A DNA stretch of 59,827 nucleotides, counting the filler. It is 4 parts of 4 records of this genome, joined end to end, with 100 filler letters (N's around TTAATTAATTAA, not from the genome) between each part and the next. Parts side by side here need not be neighbours in the genome. Positions count along the whole stretch, not along the records: positions 15,590 to 42,587 come from SRR22947725_1801; 3 more parts are not named here. One strand, written 5' to 3'. The position numbers and the translations under genes are program-made. Of the stretch, positions 27,912 through 41,200 are shown piece after piece. The stretch's first letter is position 1; the number at the start of each line of letters is the position of its first letter. The notes beneath the pieces were generated by a model. The model was not told the origin of the DNA. It worked only from the letters and a program-made list of their open reading frames with translations, and ran no database searches.

Positions 27912-28823
27912 TTACAGCCAACGGAGTGCATCCTCCTCTGAATCAACCGCCTCGTACCATGTTGGCAAGCCACCAACAACGCCTGGATTGAGCCGGTAGT
28001 TGACGAAGAGTTCCTCGCCGTGCTCGATCGATCTCGTGGCCACAAACGCGATACCGGGTACCACAGCTGGGACCGCTTCCATCCCCGGGACCTTGTACAG
28101 ACTCCACGGTATTCTTGAGACATCGCTATCCCTCCAGTCGACTGGTGCCGGAAGGACGTTTGGAGACGTGCCACTGGGCGGGTGGTTGATTATGTGCCCA
28201 AGTGCGAGAGGGCTCGGATGTTCCCGCAGGCCCTGATGGAACCACAGGCTATCCACGCCGTACTGGCCGTCTCGTTTACGGCGCGCGGCGTTGTATTCCC
28301 GCATGCTCTCGTCGCTGATATTAAAACGTTCAAATGCCCGCGAATCGATCACGTGTCCATCGTGCCGAGACATCATCAGCATGGATTCGTTGCCGAAGCT
28401 TGGGTAGCCCGGGATGTCTCTGTGATGTTGTTTTGGGTAGACGAGTCCAGGCATGAGGGCCACGACCTGGCCCGGGACAGCGCTCCTGGCCGCAAACACG
28501 CCACGCCCAGCGCTTGGTATCGATGAAGGCCTCACGTCGAGCTTGAAGGCGACCCCCGAACGATCCCCTACGATGCTGTGCACTTGCCGTTCGACGTGCC
28601 GCTTGACCACGTTGCGAAGCTCTGAGAGGGACAGCAAGGCTGCGCTGGCCGACAGCCTCTCGGCGGTAATCGAGGGATCCTCGCGGGGCGCCGTCCTCGC
28701 CCTGGAGGGCGTTTTGGTTTCGGCGCGCCATTCCAAGACAAGATAAAGCATATGCAGGTCGTGTTCCTCTACGACCGACTGCCTGGGCCGCAGCGATCTG
28801 GCCAGCTGCTTGAGGAAGCCCAT
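27912..28823 (-). CDS. SET-domain protein (SETD9-like)
   Basis: SSIPSAGRGVF, ALGHIINHPP..PNV, ATRSIEHGEELFVNYR. Confidence 0.85.
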   Translation of the reverse strand: MGFLKQLARSLRPRQSVVEEHDLHMLYLVLEWRAETKTPSRARTAPREDPSITAERLSASAALLSLSELRNVVKRHVERQVHSIVGDRSGVAFKLDVRPSSIPSAGRGVFAARSAVPGQVVALMPGLVYPKQHHRDIPGYPSFGNESMLMMSRHDGHVIDSRAFERFNISDESMREYNAARRKRDGQYGVDSLWFHQGLREHPSPLALGHIINHPPSGTSPNVLPAPVDWRDSDVSRIPWSLYKVPGMEAVPAVVPGIAFVATRSIEHGEELFVNYRLNPGVVGGLPTWYEAVDSEEDALRWL

Positions 28824-29231
28824 ATGCCCAAATTTGAAAACTCTTGTGGGCTGCTGTACGACCCACGCACTTCATTAATCATCATTGGCATTAAATATAC
28901 AAGCGTCATAAAGCGACATCCGGCGAGTTAGGGAGAGATCGGCCGCGTAATCGCTCCTGGTGGGTGCGACTCCGCGAATTCAAACGCGATTTTCTGCGAC
29001 GCCCCTCTCGACTCAAGAGACGTTCATAGCCATTATTAGTGATTTTATCTGAGTTTCAGTCGTAGCAGAGGTGCGTTTCGTGACGCGAGCGTTGAATTTT
29101 GGACCCCGGCGTCCCCCAACACAATTAGAAAGGGCAGGAGCTCACAAATGCCCCCCTTGCGGTCCTGTCGTCGCCCGCCTCGTTCCCCTCCTGACTTACA
29201 CGTCGTCTTATTGTCCTTCCAGGTACTGAAG

Positions 29232-32200
29232 ATGCTCGGCCACCAGCCGGCTGGGCCGACTACCCCTCAGGAGGCCCCTGTCCTAGACGAGGATGACGCT
29301 CGCGTCGCTGAGTTGGAGACTGAGCACCGTGTCCAAGAGCTGAGGGACTCTTCGTCGTCCGTGGACGTAAAGAAGACCATATTGATGGGGATCAGGGCTG
29401 CCTTCGAGAAATGCAACTCGATAGCAGGCTCCTCAGTTCTTCTCCAAAGAGCGTACGCCTTGCTATCACAATGACATCCGCCCATCGCCCTTTTCTGACC
29501 CTCAACTTTCGCCCACGCGCAGTACCCTGGCCCCTCTGATCACTGTGGCGCCACAAGATCCATCCATGCGATCCTTGGCGCTCGAGTATATTTCGAGGGT
29601 GGCCATTTCGGACATTCCCAAGGAGTCGATCCAGTCGCTTCTTGCCCTCTGCGTCGAAACCCTGCAGTCATCGCACGAAGAAGACGGTGCTCTGGCTCAG
29701 GAGATTATTACCGATATTTTCAAGGCGTATAAGAGCCTGGAGGACCTCTGCACGCCGTACCTGGAGTGGCTGGTGCAGCTGTTCGATTCCATCCCGGCAG
29801 CTGCCGCTAAATATATCGTCGGCAGCAGCAAGAAATCAAAGGTTGAGGAGCCCATTCAAGCATCCTGCAGCATCAAGCTATCGCAGGATATTGCCATGAG
29901 TACGTTCCATTTGTGCGGCTCCTCCCTCTTCTCATGCACCTCCTGCACGCACCGTCCCTCACGTCTAGTTTCACGTTCGACCCCTTTTTAGCGGTTTTCT
30001 CGCTGTTTCAGGCATACCCTAAAAAACTTACTGTCTTTGGTCCCGACTTGGTCACCAAGATGGTTGCGAGCATTTCGCTGGACGTCCCTGCTCCTTCGGA
30101 GGACAACGCCAAGGCCTCGCGCCTCTACGCAGATCTGAAACTCGCTCAAGTGAAGACGCTCGTCTTTCTTGTCATTCTGAGCAGGAGCCAGACTGTGCGT
30201 TTCTATTTCTCCGCCCGCATGCAGCCACTTGCACGCCCGGACGTCCTGCTAACTTACCGTGTGCACCTGCTCGCCTTTCAGGCCAAGCCGATGGTGGAGC
30301 AGCACCAGCAGGCGATTTGCGACGCCCTATTGTCCATAATGAAGACGTCACCGTCGAATCTGCCTCTCAGGAAAGAAATCCTGAACGCTCTGAGGACCTT
30401 GCTGACGAGCGATGAGCTGAACAAGGGGCTTCTGCCCAAGATTGAGGAGCTGCTCGACATGGACTGCTTGATCGGAACGGACAGGGCTATCGGCGAGTCG
30501 CTCAAACAGGTGGCGTTCATCCACTTGACCGAATTATTGCTGTTGGTCAAGCAGGATATAAAGGTGGAGTACATCCAGACGGTGGTCGACATGGCGATTG
30601 CCAGTCTGATGGACGTGGCGGCCCCGCTCACCCTGCAGGTGACCTCCGTGCGAGTGCTTTATAACATCGTGGTCGATATTGTGTTTCCGAGGAGAGCTGA
30701 GAGCGAGCAGTTTAGGGAAATTCTTTCGAGCATCCTCGAGTGCATGCTGACCAAACTGGACTGTATGTGTGTGGAAATCCCCCGCATTTTGAGCATATCG
30801 AAGGACCTCGAGACTCTTCACAAGAAGCGCAAAGAGGAGAAGAAAGAGAAAGAGGCCGCGAAAGGGGCCGGAGAGGCAAAAGACAACCCGGAGATCAAGA
30901 ACGAGAACGGTATGGACATCGATCGACCGGTCGTCGACGATATCGAAGCTGGGGCTGTCACCCAGGGAGGAGACGATTCATCGACTCCCGCGTCGCTTCA
31001 GCATTGCTTCAAGACGGTATGTTCGCTGCGCTCCTAGCCGCCGATGATCTCAGATTGGCCACCCGCTCGTCCCACACTCACACACTACCTGCCGTCCCTC
31101 GCTTTTCAATGTCAGGTCCACCAGTCGCACCATCAATCGCCACTCAAAGAGCGTGAGCTCCTTGAGTTCAGAAATCTTGCCCATGGGCTGGTCAACACGT
31201 CCAAAACGGTGGCATACGTGGTCATTGTCTATCACACATCAAGGGGCCTCAAGGGGCCTGTGCCGTCCCACATCAAGCCATGGTGCTCTCGAAAGTCCGA
31301 TGTGCGAGTCTTGTGCCAAATCCTGAAGTCGGCCCTGCGTTTCATCTCGCTGTTCGAACGGCTCGTCCCCACGATTCAGAACTTTGACCCTCGGGACGTG
31401 TTGCGCGAAATGTACAGCGTCATTATGGACCAAAACGAGTACGTCAACGTCGTTGGCCCAAATGTCCCGTTCATTTTCGAGACTGTAGTGGCCAATCCGT
31501 GGTACATTGGCTTTGTGAGGAACCTGGTCGAGGAGGAGGCACCGTCCGAGAACAGGAACCGGACCTTCTCGAACAGGTATGCGATCGCTTGCATCCTGAA
31601 CTACCTCGTCAGCGAGAAGTTCGATGCCCTGGCGGATGTCGAATCAAAAGAGGGATCCATGGTCCTACAGCTGTTCCAAATGTGCTTCGAGACGCTACCG
31701 AGGATCCAGAACAACGACCTGCAGCGGGCTCCGCAGCTTGCCGCCAACGGCGTTCCTGGAATCGAGCGGGTCGTTCACCCGTACGTGATCGCCTTCCTGA
31801 CGAAGGTTACGCAGCGCCTTTCGGATAACGGGAATATTTTGGGTTATATGAAGGCAATCAGATCCCTGTTCTTTGCTCTTGCGGCAACGAACAAGTTTCT
31901 CGATGTCCAGGCCAGCGTCGGGTCTTCCGGTCTGCACGTGCAGATCGTGGACACCTCTTTGTCTTTGATCAAGAGTCCTCTGGCTGCTAACAAGGAGATT
32001 AAGGAGATGTGTGCCGAGATCTGCCTCCTCGTGCCGGCCAGGCTGGAGCACCTGATCCCGCTAATCCCGAGAATGATGCAGGCCGCCGTCGTCGCCCTTA
32101 ACTCGAGCGATCGGAGCGTCCACATCGCGTTGAGGGTTCTGGATGTTTGGGTCGAGTCTTTCAATCCCGAGTTCATCGAGCGGAGTATGTCCCGAGTGAC

Positions 32201-35200
32201 CAAATCGCTTATGACGGCCCTATGGAGCCACATCAAGCCGCAGTCGCAAGGACAGTTTGGTCACAAGGTCGCCAGCATGCTCGGCAAGATGGGTGGACGA
32301 GGCCGTAGATGGCTGAGCGAGAATGCATCCGTGGACTACAAGGATATCCCCGAGTACGGGATGCGCGTCATCCTGGCCTTTCCGCCTCACACGTCATTCC
32401 TGGTCCCCCTGGACCGCTGCGTGCAGCTCGCGTGGACGACGATGTCTTCCGGAACGGATCCTCATAGACGGAAAAACTCCCTCAGGTTGCTGCAAATTTG
32501 CGCTGAGACTCTTTCAAGACTCCACCTGCCCAGCAACATGCTCGCATCCCCAGCGCAGGCGGCCACAGCTGGCGACGAGGAGAGGAAGCGGAGCCCGGAA
32601 ACGATGGATGCGCAGAAAGAGGCTGACAGGGCGGAAGAGGCGGAAACGCTCCGCAAGCTTGACGACAAGAACCTCAACAAGCTGAAGAATCTGCTGTTTG
32701 ATCCGAGCGAGCCCCCCCAGATCCCGGCAGACCTGGTCTGGCCGTCGGAGCTTGGCGTCAAGACGAAAAAGCAGCACGCGGCCGAGAAGAAGATGCTGGA
32801 AACCGTGCTTACGGCACTCGTGTCTTCATCGAACATAGAAGATGAAATCGAAGGATGCGAGTCGAGGGCGTTCGCGCACGCCACGTGCAAGCACTTCGCG
32901 ATTTTGATGACGGCCGGGTGGTCCAACATGGCCATCCCGCCGTGGGCCCCGCCCACGTCAAAAATGGTCAAGTATGACGTCCTGCAGGGCATTCCAGCTT
33001 ATGTGGCTACTCTTAAGCATCTGCAGCCGCAGATTCTTCTCGACGCTTTCGAAAACGGATTGAAGAGGGAAAGCGAGAAGGAGCGCACGGCCACCGTCGA
33101 GTGCATGTCCGTCTTCCTAGACACCCTGCTTGATATTGGCAAGGCGCAGCAGCAGCTTTCTTCGTCCTCAAACAATGACGCTGATATTGACGATAGAGGA
33201 AAGGTTGACAACGACGGAGCGAATCAGAGCGAGACTAAGGAAGATCTAGAGAAGGTTCTGCACATACGGGACAAGCTGGCACGGGAGATCCCATACCTGG
33301 GCATCCAACAGGATCTCGTCACGCGGGCTCGACACTGTTGCTATGGTGACACGTGGGCGTCCAAGCTCGGTGGCTCCATGGCGCTTGACATGCTTTCGAA
33401 GCGGATGCCCGAGTCCCTGTTGACATATGCGGCCCACTACATCGTCAAGGCCCTCATGACGGTTCTACGGAGCTTCCCCGACAGTGCCGTCCAGGAGATT
33501 CAGACAGTATCGTCCATAATTACGATGGTTGTCTCGAGGGCGAACAGATTGCCAGCCGTCGACGGACCTACGGGCACCTGTGGGGGGGACACCTCGATGC
33601 TTGCAGAGGCGACGAAGGGCCACGATGGAGAGGAGGACGCGGATGAGGAGGACGAAGACGAGATTGAAGCGAAGGTGACAACCAGACGTGGTAAGAGATC
33701 CAAGAGAGGATCCCGTGCCATCACAGCCTCCAGGAAAAAGCAGAAGACGGAGGCGGGTAAGGAGGACGGGAGGTTCAAGACCCCTGATGCCGATCAGCCC
33801 AAGGATTCGTCCAGAGCGGAGCGTGACGTCGTGCGTCTTCACAATGATCTTCTCCAAGCCGTCATGAGCAGCAAGAATAACGACGCTGTTAGGAACGCCG
33901 CGACGCAGTGCTTGGAGTTGCTGGCCTCTGCCTCTGGAACAACCATTGGGGCCATGCTCGACCAGATCCTCAGTCGCCAGCCGGCCAGCAAATCGCTCCT
34001 GGAGCGACGGGTCCTGCCCTTGCGTAGCATCGCAGCTCAAACGAATTATGCTTACAGTACGGCCTTCCTGTTCCGCCACTGCCCGGCGCTGGGATTCACG
34101 GACTCTTTGTGCACGTTTGTCGCCGACTGTTGCACCATCCTCGAGCAGGAGGACGCGACCATCGCGGCGTCGACAAGCATTCGCGGGCAACAACCCAAGC
34201 ATCCGGTGATACACAAGCTGAAGTTTGCCTGTCTTGAGGTCTTGGCTGAGTGCTTGGGCTGCCCTCAGTTCAGGAATGCCAAAGACGACGCCACAGTCAC
34301 CACGCACAAGTGGGACTCCATCGACCCCAGGGACAACGGTGTTGAGGACATGAACTCGCTTAGGTCGCGCATTGTAGCGGCATTTGTCCGCAATATTGGG
34401 TCCAGTTCGACTAGGATCGTCGATCTCAGCAAGCTTGGCCTCCAGCTGGCCAGTGAACACAGTCTCCTCGCCAAGGCCAACCTCGAAGAGTCGATAAAGC
34501 CGCTTCTGATCGATCTATTCTCCATCCCCAGGCTTAGCATGCGTCGCTTGGCTCACCTGCATCACCTGTTGGACGTCATCCCGGACACCTTCCAGGACAC
34601 GCTTGGTAACAAGTTCGTCGAACACCTGCAGGCGTGGGTCGACTACGAAAAGCAGGTGGTGCCCGCCATGACCGCCGGCGTTAATGGCATCCCCGGTGCG
34701 ATGGAGCCCGGCACGGAGTGTGAGCTCGCCGCCTCGATGCTGGACGTGTTTCACAAGCTCCCCACGTGGGCATCCGAGTTCCTGGAGACGCACACTCTGG
34801 AGGATTTGTCCTCTAGGCCTGGTCTGGTCGTGCTGACAATCGGTCTTGAACAGTGTTTGTCTTCTCTCCCCGGCCCAGCGAACGCCAGCGTATGCTGGTC
34901 CCCGTACAGGGACCCCCTGGTGCGCTACCTGTCGAGGTACCCGGACAAAGCTGTTGACTACTTCGTCAAGGCGACCGCCAGATTGTCCTCACCGGATTAC
35001 TTCACGCTCTTCCTGGATATTGTCCAGCATTCGTCGGGGAAGGTGCTCCTCGAGCGCCTCAAGCAGCGCGGGGACACCATTCTTGACGCCCTGAAGGCAC
35101 CGGGGAAAGATGCCCAGATGGAGAAGGAGGCTCAGCTCAATTGCATCCATCTGGTGCGCGTAGTCTGCGATCTGTCCCCTGATTGGCTCCCGAGGAACGT

Positions 35201-38200
35201 TTTTGAGGCGTGCAGAGCCCTATGGGAGTCAGGGATCGTCGAAGCGAGGCCGTTCGCCGACCTGACCCTGGTCCTGCTGAACTTTGTCAGGCGCCACGAA
35301 TCAGAGGCGGAACTTCTCCTGCAATTGCCGGACGCCTTCATTGGACACCCCAATTGCGATTTGACGGCACTCAAAGATTATGTGATGAGGGACTTCCCCC
35401 GTGAGGCGTCCGAGCAGGTCAAGCGAAACGTACGTTACTGCCGCCCGATCTCCTCGAATCTCGAACATGATCGCTACTAGTTTTGCTTTTCATGCAGGTA
35501 CTGTCCGCGTGGATCGATTCGTTCACGATCGATACCGTTGGCCCCGCCGACGTTGTGAAAGTTCGCTTCCTCCTCCGACCGACGATCGATTGGTTGGTCG
35601 AGCACGATCAGTCCGAGGTCTTGTCTCCCGATATCATCGGGGGGCTTGTCACCAAGATATTCGGGGCGGTCTTAGCGGAAGATTCGGAGGGGGATGAGCT
35701 TTTTCAGTCCGAGGTGATCCAGATCTGTGTCGCGCTCGTCCAGCACGTTCCGCACCTCCTGCGCGAACACAAGAAGCTGATCATCCAATGTATTTGGTAC
35801 GTATATGGCGTACGTTCGAGCTCGCTGGTATTACCGCTTTTTACAGCCTGCGATATCGATCTTCTCCAGGTGGACCCTCAAGAAGGACAACATCGCGAAA
35901 TCCCACGCCTTTCTGTGCGTCGCGCACTTCTTCCGGGCGTACCTAGGCAACAAGGATGATGAGAACGATATCAACCTGGTGTTGAAAGCGTTTTTCAACA
36001 TGCTGAGGATGAACGCGCACGACTCGGCCACCCGCGAGGCAGTCAAGCAGGCGATCGACTATATCATCCCGATTTTGGGCGAGCAGACTGACGAGGGTGG
36101 AGATAGCGATCTTCATGCTGGAGTCGATACCCCCGATGGAGGCAAGAAGCGTCTCATCTTCCCGTCGGCGCTCAAAAGGTTGCTCCGTGAGGAGGGCATG
36201 ATGAGCCCCGTCATGGTGCTTGTTATGCAGATGGTCGTGCGGAATCGCGAGGCGTTCTACAGCTCGAGGCTGTCTTTCATCCCAGTGATACTCGCCAGCC
36301 TCAATAAGTACGGACTTCCGAACCAGTCGACGATCGATAGTAGGATTCTTGCCGTTGACATGGCGGTGACCATGTACTGGTGGGATGAGAAGGCTAAGGC
36401 CGAGAACATCAGCGGGGGAAAGGCCACACTGCTCACAAAAGAAATGGACACCAGCATCTTGAATTTCCTGCTCAGGATGACCTTCGTCAGGTACGTGCGA
36501 TCGTCGCGAATTTCCTTCTCCCACCTGACAGACCCCATCCTTCAGCTCGACCCTGCGATCTCCCCGCGCCCCGTCTCACCTGCACCGCACCGCACACTGT
36601 GCAGTTGTGAAGTCCGTGACCGTGACGAGACGGGCTGGAAGAAGCTGCATGCGCACTGCCTGAGCACGCTCTGCGACGCAGCCAAGTACAGGACGAATTG
36701 CTCCCTGAAGTTGCAGTTCTTCGAAAAGCTCCTGCATAACAGTGCGCAGCAGCAGAAGCAGCAGGCTGCCTCCGGCAAGTCTGTGGGGCCGAACCCCGTG
36801 CTGCTCACCGGATTGAGGATCTTCTCTGTGTTCATGGAGCACCAGCCCGTGAACCTGGTGGAGTGCTGCCATCAACAGCTGGCCCTCATGATCGAGCCGA
36901 GCATCTACAACAAGAATCTCAACACGATTGAACCGTTCTCCACTGCTATACGGCACTTCTATGCAGCATTCCCGGATGATCTGGCGGCCACTGACGCTGC
37001 GTCACTGACGAGCCCGGGGGCAACCGTCGAGGCGGCGGACGTCAAGAAGCACTTCGTTAAGACCCTCGAGAAGTATCTTACGCATATTTCGGAGGTTGAA
37101 CAGTTCAGTACAGACGTGTTCTGGTTCGCGTGCAACTGCGTTCGGGTCATGAAGGGTGCAACGGAGTCCTCACCTAGGTCTATGGACGAGGTGCTGCTCC
37201 TCCTCCTGAGGGCCATGAACCGGGTGGCCAAGGAGCACAGCAAGCAACCTCAATTGGGCTTACTCTCCTCCAAGGGTATGCCCCAGGAGTCGCTTTCGAA
37301 CGCCGAGTTCGGATCCGGTGCCTGGTTCATGTACCACGCCCTGGAGGTGTCCGTCCCGTCGGCCCTCGTCCTGTCTTCAGACCACAGGAAGCTGTTCCTT
37401 TCGACGGTCGTAGAATTGATGGCTGGAAATCCCGTCAGGCAGGGCCAGACCCATTCGGGGATCTTATTCTCCGTGATGCGACTGCTCCGCGACTGGCTGC
37501 TGGACGACTCTGTGGACTACCTCAACTCAAAGGAATCGCTTGTGCTCCTCCAGAGGCTTGCCCAGGTCGATAGGCTGCATGCCATTCCCACTGTCCTTCG
37601 AAAGGTATGGGACAAGGATTTCCTGGACTTCCTGTACACTCTGATAACGACAGATCCTGGGGGTGAGTTCGCCAACGATGTGTTCACGAAAGTCGAGAGG
37701 CCCTTCTGCTGCGGCCTGCAAAATCCGGACCCGGCCGTTCGTGCCAAGTTCTTCAAGCTATACTCGGAACGTATTCCCAGGGACTTGTTCGCGAGGCTCA
37801 GGTATATCATCCAGACCCAGGAATGGGAGTTCCTTTCGAACACGTTCTGGCTCAAGCACGCTGTTGCCCTGCTCTTCGACTGCCTGCACATGGAGGACCC
37901 GGTCACGCTCGCATACAATTCAGCACACGTCCCACAGCTATTTGATTACAAAGAATCCCTGATTCTTCCGACAAAGGACAAGTCTGGTGGCGGCACCTCA
38001 GCGGAGAATGAGCCGGCCGAGGTCGTCGCGGAGGACGACACGGGGGCGAAGCATGTGACGATACCGGAGGCCACGGAGGACCTCCTCAGGGACCATATCC
38101 GTTTCCTCAAGGAAGAGAGCGGACTCCGGTCGGTGTCTCTGGTGTCTTGCCTGATTGAGCAGGTGCAGACGGATCCACTTGTGGCACACCACCTGTGGGT

Positions 38201-41200
38201 ACTCCTGTTCCCCATCGTTTGGACGTCGCTCGAAAAAGAGCAGCAGACGGGTCTCGCGAAACCGATCATCCATCTCCTGTCCAAGGAGCACCACATCCGC
38301 CAGTCCTTGCTCCGTCCCACCGTCGGTCAGACCCTGCTGGACGGGATCAGCATGTCCCAGCCGCAGCCCAAAATCCCGGCTGAGATGATCAAGTACATGG
38401 GAAGGCATTTCCATGCATGGCACACGGCCATATCCATGCTCGAATCCCACGTGGGGCTATTTCCCCATGACATGCGCTGCTTCGATGCCGTTTGTGATCT
38501 GTACTCGATCCTTGGGGAAGAGGACATGAAGTGCGGCCTTTGGCAGCGCAGGGCCTCTGCTCCGGAGACTTCCATGGCCATGGCGTTCCAACAGCACGGA
38601 TTTGTGCCTCAGGCACAGAGCATCTTCCTGGAAATGATGTCACGCGCTGTCAGTGGTGACGTCGGTGGATTCACCAAGAGTGAGATGGTCCTCTGGCACA
38701 ACCAGTATTTGTCGTGTTGCATGGAGCTGAATCAGTGGGAGGTCGTCGCCGAGTACGCAAAGTCCGTCGATAACAGCGCACTGCGCCTCGAGGCATCTGC
38801 AAAGCTGTACGACTGGTCCTACCTCAAGACAATGATCGCCCCGAACGCGCAAGTAGAGGAGGGACCGGAGTTCACCCTTGTTAAGGCCCAAATGCAGATG
38901 TCGGACATGACGCTACTGGACGTGGACAAAATGTGCAAAACTGCCCTGTCGCAGTGCATCACCAGATGGTGGCAGATGCCTGAAACGTCCCCTTGGAGCT
39001 ATGCATCCGTATTGCATTCCTTCCAAAGAACGGTGGAGCTTATGGAGAGCTGGAGGGTTATGATGGAGTTCAGCATGCAGGGAGGCCAGGCCGGTCACTA
39101 CCAGGAGCTGAAGGATATTGCGGACACGTGGAAGCTCAGGACCCCGAACGAGTGGGAACCTGTCCACTGGTGGAGTGATATCCTTACTTGGAGGAATCAC
39201 GTGTACAACACGACCATCCGCCAGTTCAGCAACCTGCAGAACGTCAATCCGAACCTGCATCAACTTGGCTACCGAGACAAGGCCTGGAGCGTCAACCGCC
39301 TGGGTCATGTGGCCCGCCTTCACCACCTTCCGGAGGCGTGTATCCGCATAATTAATACTCTATACGGATTCAACGCCATGGAGGTGCAGGAAGCGTTCGT
39401 GAAGGTCCAGGAGCAGGCCAAGGCGTACATGCAAAAGCCATCGCAGTACATCCAGGGCCTCAACCTGATCAACTCCACCAACATGGACTACTTCAACCCG
39501 AATCACCACGCCGAGATGCACGCACTGAAGGGAGAATTTTTGCATCGCTTGAACGACCCGAAAGCCCACGACACCTTCAGCGAGGCCCTCTCGCTGTGGC
39601 CACTGTGCATCGAGGGGTGGATCAATTGGGGCAAGTATTGCGACACGCAGTATACCATCGCGTCGCAAAACGAGCAAAAAATGCAACAGGAGAATGGCAA
39701 CAAGCCCTTGGATCCCGTTCAATCGCAGCAGACGTCTACCTGGCTTGAGTACACTGCAACGTGCTACATCCAGGCCATTCGCTGCTCCGCGACCCAGGGC
39801 GTCTCCCTCGTGCCAAGGCTCCTCCGGCTGCTCGCCCTGGAGGGTAACGGACAACTCGTCGGAAAGCATCTGATACAGCACCTAGGGGATATTCCAGCTT
39901 GGATATGGCTGCCCTGGCTCCCGCAGATGATTGTGGGGCTGCAACGGCCCGAGGAGGCCACTGTGAAGCACATCTTGGGGGTGTCGGCGACGCACCATCC
40001 GCAGTACGTTTACTGGCAGATGAGACCGGCGTTAGCGCACCTTAAAGACGTAGCTTACAAGGCTATGAGCGAAAATGAGGCCAAGAAGGACGAGGAGATG
40101 CCCGATGCATCAGTATCTGGGGCCCCGAACTCCGCGACAGGAACACCACCGGCGGCCGGGAAGGTGACCGCATCAGCTTCGACGCCGGTGATGCCGGATT
40201 CCATCGGCGATAGTCCGCCAGAATACATCGCATATTGTCGTGCGAAACAGGTGATGGAACCGCTCCGTGCCAAGCAGGCAACACTTCAGACCCTCGACCT
40301 CTTCATCACTGAGCTCGGACAGAGGTTCACGGCCAGGACGGACGAGCGCCTGCTCGCTGTTGTGTACACATTGCAGCACCGCACATATAGAGTGATGATG
40401 CCTGCAAGTGCTGAGATTCCCGAAACGCTCTGCAAGGAGCTCTCGAGTGTCTGCAAGGCCTGTAGCAGTGCGGCCTCCAGCACCAGCAAAGGTGGTGTCG
40501 CCACTGGCACAAACTCTTGGAGCCATTGGAATGCCTACCAAATCAAGTTTGCCAACGACCTCGATATGTCGTCGGAGACGGCTCCAAAGAACCTTGGCGA
40601 GCTCACAGAGCGCCTCAAGGGCTGGCGGACCATGATGGAGGCCATCATTGAGGACACCAACCCAAGTCTGCTCAGACTTGAAGACATATCGCCCGCCCTG
40701 ATGGATATGGCAGTGGATGAAATCATGATGCCTTGTCAGGCGCCTCCTTCTCCCAGCATCCCTGAGCCGCTGTACGTCGAGAAGATGTGCGCCGATGTCC
40801 GCGTGGTGAGGAGGGCATGTTCTTCCTCAAGGAGGATCGCCATCACCGGCAACGATGGCCAAATCAAGCATTTCCTGGTCATGGGTCAGCAGAACAGTGG
40901 TCAAGGAAGTGGCGAAGAGCGTATCGGACAGCTGCTCCGAGCGGCCAACGCACTCCTGGACAGCCATCCTGAGAGCAGGCGCCGCGACCTCAAGTTTGCG
41001 GCACCCAGGTCCCATCTGCTGTACCCAGGTGGCAAGATTATGGAGGACGATGAGGCTAATTGTCTGTTCATTGACGCGTACGAGACGTTCTGCGCCAGGT
41101 ATGGCAAGGAGCCGGATGCTCCCATCGTCAAGTTCAAGGAGATGGTTTATGGGGAACCCCTGGACGAGAATCTGAATGACGAGGAGCGCCGACGCCAGCA

